From: Felis catus
Lineage: Eukaryota
Reading direction: 5' to 3'
DNA: 64,000 nt
Assembly: GCF_018350175.1 (NCBI RefSeq)
Contig: NC_058373.1
Span: 101,558,001 to 101,622,000, forward strand
Part shown: piece after piece, positions 37,652 to 50,102 of the stretch
Layout: each line of letters starts with the position of its first letter
How positions within the stretch are numbered: position 1 is the first letter of the stretch
Made by a program: the position numbers and the translations under genes
The notes under the pieces: generated by a model
What the model was told of the DNA's origin: nothing
Database searches by the model: none
What the model saw: only the letters and a program-made list of their open reading frames with translations

Positions 37652-37806
37652 GGGGTGCCTGGGTGACTCAGTCAGTTAAGCACCTGACTCTTGGTTTCAG
37701 CTGTCATGATCTCACAGTTTGTGAGTTCGAGCCCCACATCAGGCTGTGCTGGCAGTGCAGAGCCTGCTTGGGATTCTCTCTCTCCCTCTCTCTCTGCCCC
37801 TCTCCT

Positions 37807-37844
<38 letters not shown>

Positions 37845-37882
37845 AAAATAAATAAATAAATAAACTTTAAAAAAAAAAAAAG
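37652..37882 (+). mobile_element. CAN-SINE
   Basis: TSD actttaacctt at 37641-37651 and 37883-37893. Confidence 0.96.
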
Positions 37883-38740
37883 ACTTTAACCTTTCTTTAT
37901 CTACAACTACTGACACAGAATGTTGTCTTGGTATGGAGGGACCGCTCTCCTCATCGAAACCAATAAACAGAATAATTAGTTTGTGACTAGTGCCTGAGCA
38001 AAATAAACAGGATGCTGGGCTGAAGAATAATAGAGGTTGTGACCACGTTCGCTAGGGCAATCCAGACAGACCTCCCTAAGTGATGGCATGTAAATGGAAA
38101 GACTGGAAGGATCCCAGGGACCTCAAATTAAAAATGTAGCATCAGAACTACTACAATTCAACCAGGCTCAGGCCGTGAAGCACCAAAGCCCCATGCTGGT
38201 GTCCAGGGAGACTAAACAACAGCTCCGAGTCACAGAGCTTATGGTCTTCTAGAACTGCCCAAGCTTGGAAGCCAGAGATCTGGTCACTGTTTCCAGCAGA
38301 TCTGGCCTGACCACGTGCTCACTGAAAATCAGTTAGGTCTGCTGATCCCTGGAGCAAAGCGACAAGGGCTTTCCAGGTGCTTATGCCCTCTACTCAGGGG
38401 ACAAAGGAAACATAGCACAAATCCTTTGCTTCACTCTTTGGCCTCCATAAGTGCCAAGGTTAGAAGGGGGCACAAACAATTGCTTTATTGAGGCCCTTTT
38501 GTAAGAAGAAGAAAATCTCTCAAAAGCCCCAAATGGTCCAGCTCCTCCCTCTGGCATTCCTAGCCCTCCAGCCCTCACTGGTCACTTTTTCCCCCACCGC
38601 CTCCAAGTTTCTTGAGCATTTGAACGCATGCATTTGGGTTACTATAACCCTATTTCCTACATGTCCAGGCCCTCCACCCACCCTGACTCCAACTACCTCT
38701 GACAGGACTATAAGCTTCTCAGGGATAAGAACTGAGTTGT

Positions 38741-38935
38741 GGGGCTCCTGGGTGGCTCAGTCAATTAAGCATCTGACTTCGGCTCAGGTCATGATCTGAG
38801 GTTCATGAGTTTAAGCTCCGCATCAGGCTCTGTGCTGACAGCAGAGCCTGGAGCCTGTTTCAGATTGTGTCTCCCTCTCTCTCTGATTCTCTCTCTCTCT
38901 TAAAAATAAGTAAACATTTTTAAAAATAAAAAAAA
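38741..38935 (+). mobile_element. CAN-SINE inserted in an L2 3' end remnant
   Basis: Perfect 14-bp TSD aagaactgagttgt at 38727-38740 and 38936-38949; flanks join into L2-like 'gactataagct...tagtaggtgctcgataaa'. Confidence 0.96.
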
Positions 38936-39265
38936 AAGAACTGAGTTGTATACTTATTTTTTCCTGAGCACTTAGTAGGTGCTCGATAAACACAACAAAT
39001 TTAATTTTAAAGCTACAACAAATAAATATCTCATTTCCAAATCGTTAAACATTAGCTGTTAAAGCATGTTCGTTTGGTTTTTTTTTTTTTTTTGACATCC
39101 TGAATTTTATCTTGCCAATTTATTTTAGAAATCTTCAAAGAAAGAGAGAGGGAGGGAAGAAAGCACTAAAGTCCCCTATTGTTCTTTACTCATTTTTTTT
39201 ATTATTCTAATGTAACAAGCAAAATCTATCCGTGATGAATATAAATGAGTAGAGATCAACCATAA

Positions 39266-39267
<2 letters not shown>

Positions 39268-39297
<30 letters not shown>
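39268..39297. repeat. (AC)15 microsatellite
   Basis: Directly visible. Confidence 0.97.
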
Positions 39298-39299
<2 letters not shown>

Positions 39300-40866
39300 A
39301 TTTGTTCGAAAAAACTTTCTGTATGGATTTCTTTTTCAAGAATATGATGGGACGCATTCTGAGAAGAAAACAAAAAATATTTTAAAAAATTTAATGTTCC
39401 AAGCCCTCCCTGTTTTTCTGTTCTTTGTTTCTGTTCCTAGAGTCCTGTACCCTGCTTTCCCAGCATCACTAAACTCAGAGAAATGCAGAGCAGATTAAAC
39501 CATGAAACAATATGTTAGAGAGCTCCGAGGCCCCACAAACCTCAAAGATACGGGGTCAAGAGAGTGCTATTATTTTTATATTAGTTTTACATTTGTCTCT
39601 GCCTTTGAAACAATTCCTAATGTTTTTGTCTTGTCCTTGCACTTGCACTGGGTCTCGCGTGTGCGGTGCGGCTACAGTTACAAAGCAGAGCCAGAGAGAG
39701 TTCTCGGTCAGAGACTCGGGGCCTGAGAACAGGCAGGGTCTGAAAATCACTTGTCCAGTGGCTCCGGCCTGGAGGTGGATTGAAACCCTCTGTAAAATCG
39801 GACTTCCACCTCTGATGTGCAGGTTTAGGTTGCTCCTTAAAAACAGCTCGGAGCTCTATCTGTCTGTGCTGGCTGAGGGACGTTTTGCACACATGGCTAA
39901 CACTGTCCATCTCCCACCCCTCGGGATGTTGAGTCATGTGGATTTCCTAATCATCAGCCACACACTCTCTGTTTGGGGTATAGCGCCTTCTCTCCCATAT
40001 TGCACTTTTGGGGGGGGGGTATTTGAGGGCTCAGGAAGTCAGACAAGAGTGAGGCATGAAAAGATCTAGTTTAAGATAGATAATTTAAATAAGAACAACC
40101 TTACCATAAGATAACTAGACATGTTGTTTCATTTAAGCACCACAAGAATCCGACAGGGTAAGCAATTAGTATTCTCTTTTGTACATTAAGAAAAGGAAGC
40201 ACAGAAAAGTCCACTATCTTGCCTTTAGTGGGCTGGAGGGCTTCCAGGTAAAGCTGTGAACCCAAGCTGTCCAGCCCCAAAGCTGGTAAGATCTCTGCTG
40301 TGACACATCCTCTGCTCCTTGAAGTGCAGGCACACAGACAAAATTCCAGTTTTACAAAGGGCAGGAAATCAGCACGGAAGCAAAAGGGACTTGTCCACAG
40401 ACTGTGAATGTGTCTCCAGAACCCATGAAAAACTAAGGTCTTAAGCCCAGCCCTCCTGATTCAATTTCCCTTCACTCTTCTCACAGATGATAGTCCCATC
40501 CTTTGTCTTATGAAACTCCATCTCAAACACACAGTTGACATTCAAGACATCTCAGACAACTCAAAATAAATTTCTTACCAAGAAGAAGAATACCAAGCAA
40601 CCACATTGAGGCACAGAAACCTTACCAGCTTGTCTTTTTAAGTTTTTAATTTTGCTACAAATCTAGAGGCCATGATCAGCTGCTGGTAAATTCTGCCATA
40701 AGTCCACAGTGGCTCCTTGCAATGAATTAAGACAGGCAACTATCTTGCCACAGATAGAATAGTATTGTCTCTATTTCATTCAAACAAAATTCTCTTTAGA
40801 TGATGCAGTCCCAACCTGAAGCCATCAGATACATGCCAGGAACCAGCCAGCTACTTCTTTCTCCTC

Positions 40867-40867
<1 letters not shown>

Positions 40868-40910
<43 letters not shown>
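40868..40910. repeat. (AC)n microsatellite
   Basis: Directly visible. Confidence 0.97.
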
Positions 40911-40911
<1 letters not shown>

Positions 40912-41158
40912 TTTTCTTTCTTTTTCATCCTTGTTGGGCAGATAGGGGTGATAGGAGAATGGAAAACCAAACTACCAGTTCACATCTGGAAGCCAGGCCC
41001 CTGATCCAGTTCAGCTCAGATAACCTGTCAACTGGTCATAGTCCATGAGACCAGAAACAATACCTTTCAACTAAAACATTTTTCTCAGGGCAAATTCTCA
41101 TGACAGTCCAAAGATACCAGAGTCAGGTTTGCACTTGCAGTTAGAAAGAGAAGTATTG

Positions 41159-41378
41159 GGGCGCCTGTGTGGCTCAGTCAGTTGAGCGTCCGACTTCGGC
41201 TCAGGTTATGATATCAGGGTTCGTGGGTTCGAGCCCCACATCGGACTCTGTGCTGAACACTTGCTCAGAGCCTGGAGCAAGCTTCAGATTCTGTGTCTCC
41301 TTCTCTCTCTGCTCCTCCCCCACTCACACTCTGTCTCACTCTGTATCTCAAAAATAAATAAAAGTAAAAAAAAAAAAA
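41159..41378 (+). mobile_element. CAN-SINE
   Basis: Perfect TSD ttagaaagagaagtattg at 41141-41158 and 41379-41396. Confidence 0.97.
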
Positions 41379-41543
41379 TTAGAAAGAGAAGTATTGCCTG
41401 TCTCCAGCTCTTGGGGTCACGTGCCAGAAGCAGTGTCTGGCATTCAGTCTGTGTTCACTGGTAAACATTAGTGACACCAGCTTTGACTGGCAAGCAGTGC
41501 AGTCCCCCCATCAGAGAGAGGTGAGATGGGGAAGCTGCTGCTG

Positions 41544-41733
41544 TTATTTTTAAATGTTTACTTATTTATTTTTGAGAGAATGAAAGACAGACAGAGAGCC
41601 AGAGAATCCCCAGCAGGCTTCCCACGGTCAGTGCAGAGCCCAATGCAGGGCTCGAACTCATGAACCATGAGATCATGACCTGAGCCAAAATCAAGAGTTA
41701 GACACTTAACCAACTGAGCCACCCAGGCGCCCC
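41544..41733 (-). mobile_element. CAN-SINE
   Basis: Head 'gagccacccaggcgcccc' at right; T-rich tail at left. Confidence 0.95.
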
Positions 41734-42599
41734 TCTCCGCAGTGCTCTGTAAAGCCTGGCTCCCCACACCCCCTTGCACCGCACCCAATAATCACACCGT
41801 TTCTCCCTGTGACTCCCAAAAGAATGGACAGGCCTCAGAACCCTGGATGTCCCACTTATCCCAAGTTGTGTAAGAGACTGGATCTCGCTCTGTGCATCCG
41901 CAGTGACCTGGGAACTGGGCACGAAGCCACTTGAAGGGGTAAAGGAAAATACCTCCCCTCCACTCCCCATAAAACTGCTTATAAAGAAAACAGAAGTAAT
42001 TATGGGAAAAAATGCTTAAAAACCTAGAGGGCTCTATTAAAATGAACCTCACATGGATTCTAGTTTAAGTTTCCAAGACTCAGGCAAGAAATTTTCATGT
42101 TTAAAGCCTTCCTCGTCCAAGATGTTTGGTATAGCCAGCATGGTTGTCCAGAAGCCTAAACAAGCTCATCGAGGTGACTAGTGGCTTTTCTTTATTTTTC
42201 ATTTATTGCAAAAAAGGCACTAAAATAGCAACAAAGGAAATTAGAAGAGAGAAAATTTCCCCCACTTTCACCACAAACCATGAACTTGCTTTTAATCTCA
42301 TCTTCCCCCTTCTATTCTTTGTCCATGGGCCAACACAATTTTTACATAGTAAATAAATGTCTCTCTAATCTCATTGTTAAAAAATGTTTTCCAAGTAACT
42401 GAATATATTAAAATCCCACAGTGATCCATCTAGCCACACTCCGAGCCACATCCCCCCAGTTAGATCTGTACTGAGCCAGTCATTTTTTAGGTCTAAAGAA
42501 TCTTTATTTGTACTAAAGCAAGCCAGTTCCAAGTGGGTGTGAATAGCACCCAAAACCCAATAAGTCAGAGCCGGACCATAAACTGCCAGTATACACTGA

Positions 42600-43076
42600 A
42601 CACCAGCCTACTGGATGTCTTCCACTTGCCCCTCCAGATCTACCCCCTACCCTTCTCCACTCTGCTCTGTGCCCAGGAAGGCTGAGCCACATGGACTTCG
42701 TCTTGGGCTCCCATCCCTCTGCCTTCTAGTTGAGATCCACCAATGGAAGGCACCGTCAAGAGATCAGAGGGCAAGAGGAGAGTGAGATCAGGGTATTTAT
42801 TCCCCCAGCTCCTTCCCTGCTGGGTCTCTATGGATTGGACATGTCTTTCTCCTGAAGGCCACAGCTCCTCTCCTGCAACCTTCCAGTCCAGCCACAACTA
42901 CCATTCTCAGGGCTCAGTAACTGTGCCCTCCTCTCGCTCCTGCAGTCTAATGGTGGTAAGGCTTTCCAATATTCCTGGTTTTCCTTGACTGTACCCAAAC
43001 CTTTATAATTAAACCCTTTTCTTGGCTTGCTCTCTTGAGTATGCCATTGGTTTCTACTGGGGCCCTGACTCATTCA
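42600..43076 (+). mobile_element. LTR33-like (ERVL) solo LTR
   Basis: 'gagatcagagggc...agggtatttattcccccagctccttccctgc' and terminal 'gagtatgccat...gggccctgactcattca'. Confidence 0.7.
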
Positions 43077-43233
43077 TCAGGCAATGCAGAAAATGATTAC
43101 TGAACACTAAGTCATGTTCTCGTTTCATCCTGTGTCTAAGGCCAATGGCAGAAAAACAGGGCATCCTATAGCTGTAGTCCATAAGAAAACTTCAGAGAAA
43201 AATCAATGAAACAGATGGAATTCAACACAATCT

Positions 43234-43890
43234 TGTAGAGGACCTAATACCTGCCCAAGAACTGTGCTTGGCCCTATATCTCAAGGCCACCCTATCATGC
43301 CAGGGCCATGATGGACCCATGACCTTCAGATACCTCTGGTTCCCCTGCAGATCCTCTCAAGCCATTGCTGTAGCCATCAGCTGCACACAGGTACAGCCAG
43401 CAGCAACTTGGCCTCAGCTGCACCCACAATCTCTCATGTTTTGTCTGGGAGGCTCCTCTTACATGGCAGCACGGGACATCTTGTCATTCACATTTCATAA
43501 ACCTGGAAGTTCAAGGAAGGTAAGCCCATGGGACAAACCTTGACCTATGGAGCATGGGAACCAGTGGACAAAGTGGTGCCCTCTTCTGTCGCTTAGGCAG
43601 AGAATCCTGAGGTGCATTCTCTATGACTCCTCACACGATTCCCAGTGAACTGAGTCCCAGTTGCCCAAGGTGGTGACCAGCTCAGTGATGAACCTTGTCT
43701 TGGCTTTCCCTCTTTCCAGGTCACTATTCCCAACCCTCCTTTCTCATTCTCTCTCTCTCTGTCTCTCTCTCTGTCTCTCTCTCTGTCTCTCTCTCTCTCT
43801 GTCTCTCTCTCTCTCTCTCTCATTCCCTTCGGATTGCACACAAGCCCTTCTCTCCAGCTTTGCTTTCTGGAGAAAGCCCAAGCTAAGGTA
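43234..43890 (+). mobile_element. LTR16-like (ERVL) solo LTR with internal (CT)n expansion at ~43748-43821
   Basis: 'aaccttgacc...atgggaaccagtggac...ctgaggtgcattct...gagtcccagttgccca' and terminal 'gctttctgg...cccaagctaag'. Confidence 0.7.
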
Positions 43891-44381
43891 ATGAGAACTT
43901 CTTAATTGCTCAAAAACAGAAGAAAAGCTCAGAAAACAGAGAAAAAAAACAATGAGGAAAACACCTCCTTTTTATGCCTGTTTGAAATTCATCCCCCAGG
44001 TCTCAATGGCCTGGCCAGCAAACCCCAAGATCTTCAAACTTCCCCCAACCCCATAAAAATATGTCCAGGCAGAACCACACTACAATACCAGCTACAAGGT
44101 ATCTGAGCTTTAGACGACTCAGTACTTTACATTTGTTCTACATCTGTTCTCTTTCAGTGGGGGAATGAATAAACCAAGACTGGACACCCAAGAAATATGA
44201 TGGGAAAGTTCTCTCACCCCCCAAAGACTTTAGGAAATGCACAAAGCTTGATTTCTACAATTTATCTTCAGACTGTTCTATTTGCCTGATGCATTAAGAA
44301 TCATTTCCTCACACCTCAAGATTTTTGTTAATTATCTATCCAGCTTGTTTCCAGAAATTTTTCCCAGTACAAATCATCTTT

Positions 44382-44578
44382 TTTTTTTTAAGAGAGAGAG
44401 ACTGCACACATGTGCAAGCTGGGGGGAGGGGGAGAGAGAGAGGGGGAGAGAGAATCTTAAGCAAATTCCATGCTCAGCATGGAGCCTGATACAGGGCTCA
44501 ATCTCATGACTGTAAGATCACAACTTGAGCTGAAATCAAGAGTTGGACGCTCAACCAACTGAGCCACCCAGGTGCCCT
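44382..44578 (-). mobile_element. CAN-SINE
   Basis: TSD acaaatcatcttt at 44369-44381 and 44580-44592. Confidence 0.95.
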
Positions 44579-46759
44579 GACAAATCATCTTTAAAAAAAA
44601 GAAAATGCTTTGCTTTCCCAGGAAATCAAGAAATGACTCCCCTAGTAGTCTTTTGAGTCTGAAAGGAAATATATTGTTTCCCTGCATCTGTAGTCCAGGG
44701 TGGAGGGGGAAGAGGAGAGAACAGGTGATAGAAACAGGTAAACCCGAAGAGAGGACACGTAGAGGAAGAAAGCGGGGGGGGGGGGGGGGTACAGTCCAGG
44801 GGTAAGGCACTAAAGACCAGACTTCAGCACTCAGGAAGCTCTATTCCTGGAGATGTCAAATGGAATAACTTTAAGCAAACCACTCCACATTCCTTTAAGT
44901 CGGTTAAGATTCTTTTCAGTCCATTCATCTGTAAAATGAGAAGAAATTCCACTTATCTGGAACAAAGATCAATAGCAGAAGACTTCACATATATGAATAT
45001 GCTGGGGCCCACAAAAAAGAAGCTAGAAAGTCTGATAGAATGAGCTAGTCTGACACCAACCTAATATCCAGCTTCAAATTAAAATATGCCACGTGTTAGG
45101 TAGCCTTCCAAATAAACCCCTTCTGGAGAGGTAAGCACAGAGTTCTAATTCCTAATAATGTTGGTAGATTATATGAACAGGATTTCCACTTCTTAGTGTC
45201 TGCCTTAACTTTGTAAGTCAGCCCCCAGGCATGCATGCAATTCCCCCCTCTCCCTGCCTTTGTTATTTTATCCAGCAATAAAGCCCCGTGCCCAGGGCCA
45301 CACATGGGGCTGAGATGAACATCACAGGCCCAAGCTTTGTGGAAAATAGTCTTTCAGCAGCAGCATCTGGCTTCTTGGCATGTTCCCCCAGCTGTTGTGC
45401 TGACAGCTCTGAAGTTGCTTTTTACTTTGTCATATGGTTTCGCTGCTAATGGGCTGTCTCTTCTTGCTTGTCCTCCTCTGGGTCATTTTTCCCTTCAACT
45501 CACAATGAGTTCCAAGAAAATTGCACACCATGACTCCCCTGAAGGAAAGCCCCTGTCCCTAGTTGCTGTGGCATTCAGAGGGCTGGGCATCCCAAGTGGG
45601 GGAGTAAGCAGTCCTAACACTTGAAGGGGAAACATCTCATTACACTACCCGGTACATTTATTCTGCAAGAAGTAGGTTTAGGAAGGGGCAATTAGGAAAC
45701 TTGACAGGCACAGGTGGTAGACTACCATAAAGCATTATTTGTCTTTGTGTTTCCACAGGACCAATCGCCATAGTACCCAAGGCTTAAACAAGCACATAAT
45801 TTTGACACAAAAGACCACAACTAACTTCTCGTAATTGGCAATCCTGTTGGATTCCAAGTATTTTCTCCTCTTGGTGCCAATCTCAATACCCAAACGTGAC
45901 ATTTAGCACCTGCAAGTGGTTTCTCAGGCCCCAGCTCTCACATCCATAGTCTGTGGAGTCTCTGTATGTGCAATAACAGAACAGACAAGGGCTGGATGTC
46001 CAAACAGGAGCCTGCTTTCCTGAAACTGTATGAGTGACTGAAGAAACCAGCACACAGTTGGCTTCTCATTCAATACATCTGGAGATAGCCAGGGTCCAGA
46101 TGAGCCCATGACGACTTACAAAATGATCAGAAGCCAGCCAAACGTGCACTGGACCTTTGTGAGTCCACAATCGGGCTGCCCCATACTGCTGAGGGGACTG
46201 AGCACTGCTCAACTACAGAAAATGCCATTCCTACAAGGTACTGATGGTGGGGCCCTGATGTTGTGCCACACAATGGCCCTGCCCTCAGCAAACAGGTAAC
46301 TAAGGCCCTGCCCTTGGTGAACAGGTGACTGGGGAATAGAGGACAAGGGCAAATAACCACAAATTTAAACTTCCCAAAATGTAAATGACAGAGGCTATAA
46401 GAATATTTTTAGAATATGTAAAACACAAATCCTTGAAATAAGTACAAATGAATTTCTGAGGTGACTGAAGAGAGTTGATTTAATCCTAAAAGGTGGAAGT
46501 TTCTGGCAGAGCAAAAGAGAGTGAAAAGAAAATAATCTGAAGAAGAAGGAGAAGGGGAAGGGGAAAGACAAAGACAACGTGACACGATAGCAGCAGAGAA
46601 GCCTAAGACAAAAATATGGATGAAGTTGGAGTTACTTCTTCAGAGAAATTCAGGGGACATCTAAAGTATTGGTTATGTGCCTAGAATCCAGTTTTCTCTC
46701 AGCTCTCTCACCCTTCATCTGCCAACCTCTTCCAACCCCATTCTTGTCCTCAGTGAATA

Positions 46760-47880
46760 TTTGAGTTCCTGGACTAGGCCCTGAGGAGAACTGAAATATG
46801 AATAAGACAAGATGCCTGACTTCCAGAAGTCGAAATCTAAGGGATGAGGTAGGGCAGCACGGGACTACTCCCTTACACGGTATAAAATGCCACCAGCATC
46901 CCAAGGAGAGACAGGTCACTTCCAACAGGGTGACAGGGGAGTCTCAGGGAAGAAGTGGCACCTGGGACAACAGTTAGGATGTCAGCAGGTAGAGGTGACA
47001 GAGAGCACAATGCAGGCAACAGTAACACATAAATAAAGACACAGAAGCAAAGGGTATGGCATTGGAAAGAGGCGACTTAGAATAAAAGGATGTGAGGGGA
47101 AACAATGGATATGAAGATAACTTCATGTAATTTAACATTGGGAAGTCTGCCTGAAGACTATCGTTGGAGGCCTTAAATGAGTAACGAGGCTGGACATTCT
47201 CTTGAGTCCGTAGGAAGTAGCCCACTGTCATTACTCATCTATTAAACTTTGAGCAGAGAGTGATATAATCAGACCTGGGCTTTAAGAGAAGCTCTATCTG
47301 GGGTGCCTCGGTGACTCAGTCAGTTAAGTGTCTAACTCTTGATTTAGGCTTAGGTCATAATCTCACATGGTTCATGAGTTCGAGTCCCGCATCAGGTTCC
47401 TCTAAGAGTGGGGAGCTTTCTTGGGATTCTCTCTCCCTGTCTCTGCCCCTCTTTTGCTTTGTGCGCACATGTGTGCTCTCTCTCTCTCTCTCAAAGTAAA
47501 TAAATAAACTTAAAAAAAAAAAAGAAGAAGAAGAAGCTTTATCTAGCAGCAGCGTTCTTATTAACTGGAGATGGTGGAGACTAGCAGCCCGGGACAAATT
47601 AGCAGGTGACACTGGATAGCACCCGTGGCACCAGGAATGGAAAGTGGGAGACGGACGCCAGCAAAACCAGGCAACCTTCTCGATGTGGCAAGCAAGAAGC
47701 GGGAAGAAAGAAGAACAAGCTGAGGTTCCGAGAGAGGCCTAAGAGAAGAGGAACAGGATGCTAACTGGAACAGACAGAAGAGGCATGAATTTTACTTTCA
47801 TACATTAAAATCTTGAGGTGCTGGTGGAATATCCAGCTGGAGACACTCAGTTGGAAGGTGGGTGAGTGCTGGCACTTGTG
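46760..47880 (-). mobile_element. L2 fragment (hosts a SINE)
   Basis: 'gtgaatatttgagttcc...aataagacaagatgcctgac', 'ttttgagcagagagtgatataatcagac', 'ttgaggtgc...atccagctggaga'. Confidence 0.7.
47300..47531 (+). mobile_element. CAN-SINE with (GAA)n-ended tail
   Basis: TSD agaagctctatct (47287-47299) / agaagctttatct (47532-47544). Confidence 0.95.
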
Positions 47881-47889
47881 TGAGAGGTT

Positions 47890-48112
47890 GGACTGGAGAG
47901 GATGCCCTGCAGGCCCGGGGTCAAGCCCTGACTCTGCCTCTAGTGTGTCCTACTTGTGTGATTTGAAGCAAGTTAGTAACCTTTCTGGATCTCAGTTATC
48001 TCATCTGTAAAATGGGGATAACAATGGTATTAATATCCCAAGCATCCTTGTGAGGATTAAATAAAAGAATAGGTGTTAGCACAGCGCCTAGAAGACAGCA
48101 AGCCTTCAATAA
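47890..48112 (+). mobile_element. MIR
   Basis: 'ctcagttatctcatctgtaaaatggggataa...tgtgaggattaaat'. Confidence 0.85.
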
Positions 48113-48115
48113 ATA

Positions 48116-48450
48116 CAGTCGACCCTTGAACAACTCGGAGGTTGGGGCACTGATCTCCCCACAGAGTTAAAAATTCATGTATGGCTTTTGATTCCCCAAG
48201 AACTTAACTACTAATAGCCTCTTGTTGACCGGAAGCCTTACTGATAACAGAAACACTCGATTAACTATATGATATATGTATTTTATACAGTTGTGTTATA
48301 TGTATTATATACCGTATTCTCATAATAAACTTAGAGAAAAGAAATGTTATTAAGAAAATCATAAGGAAGAGAAAACACATTTACAGTACTGTACTGTAAA
48401 AAATACTGTATAAGCAGACCTGCGTAGTTCAAACACGTGTCGTTCAACTG
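48116..48450. mobile_element. Tigger2a-like MITE
   Basis: TA|cagtcgacccttgaacaac left TIR; 'cttaactactaatagcct...ttgaccggaagccttac' internal; partly deleted right TIR gttcaactg|TA. Confidence 0.85.
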
Positions 48451-48879
48451 TACTGTCAATGGAGCCATTCCCTCCATTAGAGTCATCAACTCAGTTCTTA
48501 ATATTGCACCACAGCTGTCCTCCTGTTCCCTTGTCACTTGGGGTCCTTGTGTGGGCTTGACTTGTAGCCCACCTGCCTCCTTCTGTTCTCTGGGGTCTGG
48601 CCCACCCCGGTCCCTGCCTGATCCGCCCAACTCATGAGCCCCCAACTCTTCCAGGTGACATCCTCAAGCCTTGATAAACGCCGTGTCCCCCAAACTTGCC
48701 TTCCGTCATAGATCCTCACCCTGAATTCACAATCCACTGCTGCCCACGTCCTGGTGGAATGATTTGTTTTCTAACCTGGGGTCAACATGAGGGGAAATGG
48801 GCCCATGCCTCAGCCAGAAGGGTTTGACTTCAAGCCTTGAACAATATATTTCCTTACTATAAAAGTTGTAAAACATTGG

Positions 48880-49080
48880 GATAATGTTACCGTTTACTAC
48901 CCCCTCCTTTGTGCTCCCTTAGCACACTGTCCGTTTCTTGTGACAGAATTTATCAGGCTATGTTATAGTTGGTTATGTCACTGCCTCCCCTGCTGAGCCA
49001 CGGGCTCCTCCAGGGCAGGGACCAAACCTTATTCATCTTTGTTTCCCCAGGCCTACCATAGGTGTTCAATAAATATGGAA
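48880..49080 (+). mobile_element. L2 3' end
   Basis: 'ctcctccagggcagggacc...cataggtgttcaataaatat'. Confidence 0.7.
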
Positions 49081-49651
49081 AGAGAGTTAACAACAGCATA
49101 CATCTGTATAGGTCCTTATGTTTTGCAAAGGCCACTGAGGGAGATGGTGGAATCTGGCTCTAGAATGCTCAGCTATAATTTTTCTCTTGTTCAATGCACC
49201 TTGAGTAAGTATAGCCATCAAAATGGGAAGGAATAACAGGACCACATGCCAGTTTTAAAAAGCAGCAGTTCTAAGACTTTCAGATTTTACTGTTCGGCTT
49301 TTAAAAGAAACTTTTAATTGGGGGTAGAAACATGGTATTCCCAATGACTTATTTTGCCAAGTAGGTGCACTAAAGAATAACAATTGTTACCAACTGCTAA
49401 CTCTTTTCATTTGGCAAGAGGAAGATTTTTAAGCATCCCTTCCTCAAAAAAAGGAGTGGCATAAACATAAGCCTAGAATAAATGAAAACCTTTTAAATTG
49501 ATACAATTGGCTTCATGAAACCGTGGTACATTAGCCTGTCTTCTCTATAGTTCACCAAAGATGGCGGACGCGCTCCAGTGCTCCAACTCATGTTGGGCAC
49601 TACATACCAGAGACTGCGGTGTTCCTGGCTGACCAAACTTGCTGCATTCAA

Positions 49652-50102
49652 GTTTCTTATTGTGGAAAAAATATATGTAACATAAAATTTACCACTTTAA
49701 CCGCGTTTAAGTGCACAGCTGAGTGGCATTAAGTACATGCCTATTGTTGTGCAACCATCGCCGCCATCCATCTCCTAGGAACTTTTTCATCTTCCCAAGC
49801 TGAAACTGCAAACCCGTTAAATAAGAATTCCCCAATCTGCTGCCCCTGGCAGCCATCTTTCTGCTTTGCGTCTGTATGAATCTGAGCACTCTACGTACTT
49901 CCTATAGTGGAATCATATAACATTTGTCTTTTTGTCACTAGCTGATGTCACCGAGCATAATGTCTCCAAGGACTGTCCATGCTGCAGCAGTGTCAGAACT
50001 TCCTTCTTCTTTAAGGCTGAATAATATTCTGTAGTATGAATATACCACATTTTTTCTAGCCATTCATCTCTTCGACTTGTGGGCTGTTGCCATCTTTTGG
50101 TT
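49652..50102 (-). mobile_element. L1MB-type 3' end
   Basis: 'aacataaaatttaccactttaacc...gtggcattaagtaca...ttgtgcaaccatc...tttaaggctgaataatattc'. Confidence 0.9.

Noticed and set aside
39512..40069. 185-aa plus-strand ORF
   Set aside because: No recognisable homology, and its length is within chance expectation; a strong acceptor at 39440 has no matching donor that I can find.
45790..45860. Possible LF-SINE-like fragment (taattggca...tgttgg)
   Set aside because: Similarity to the recalled consensus is too short to distinguish from chance.
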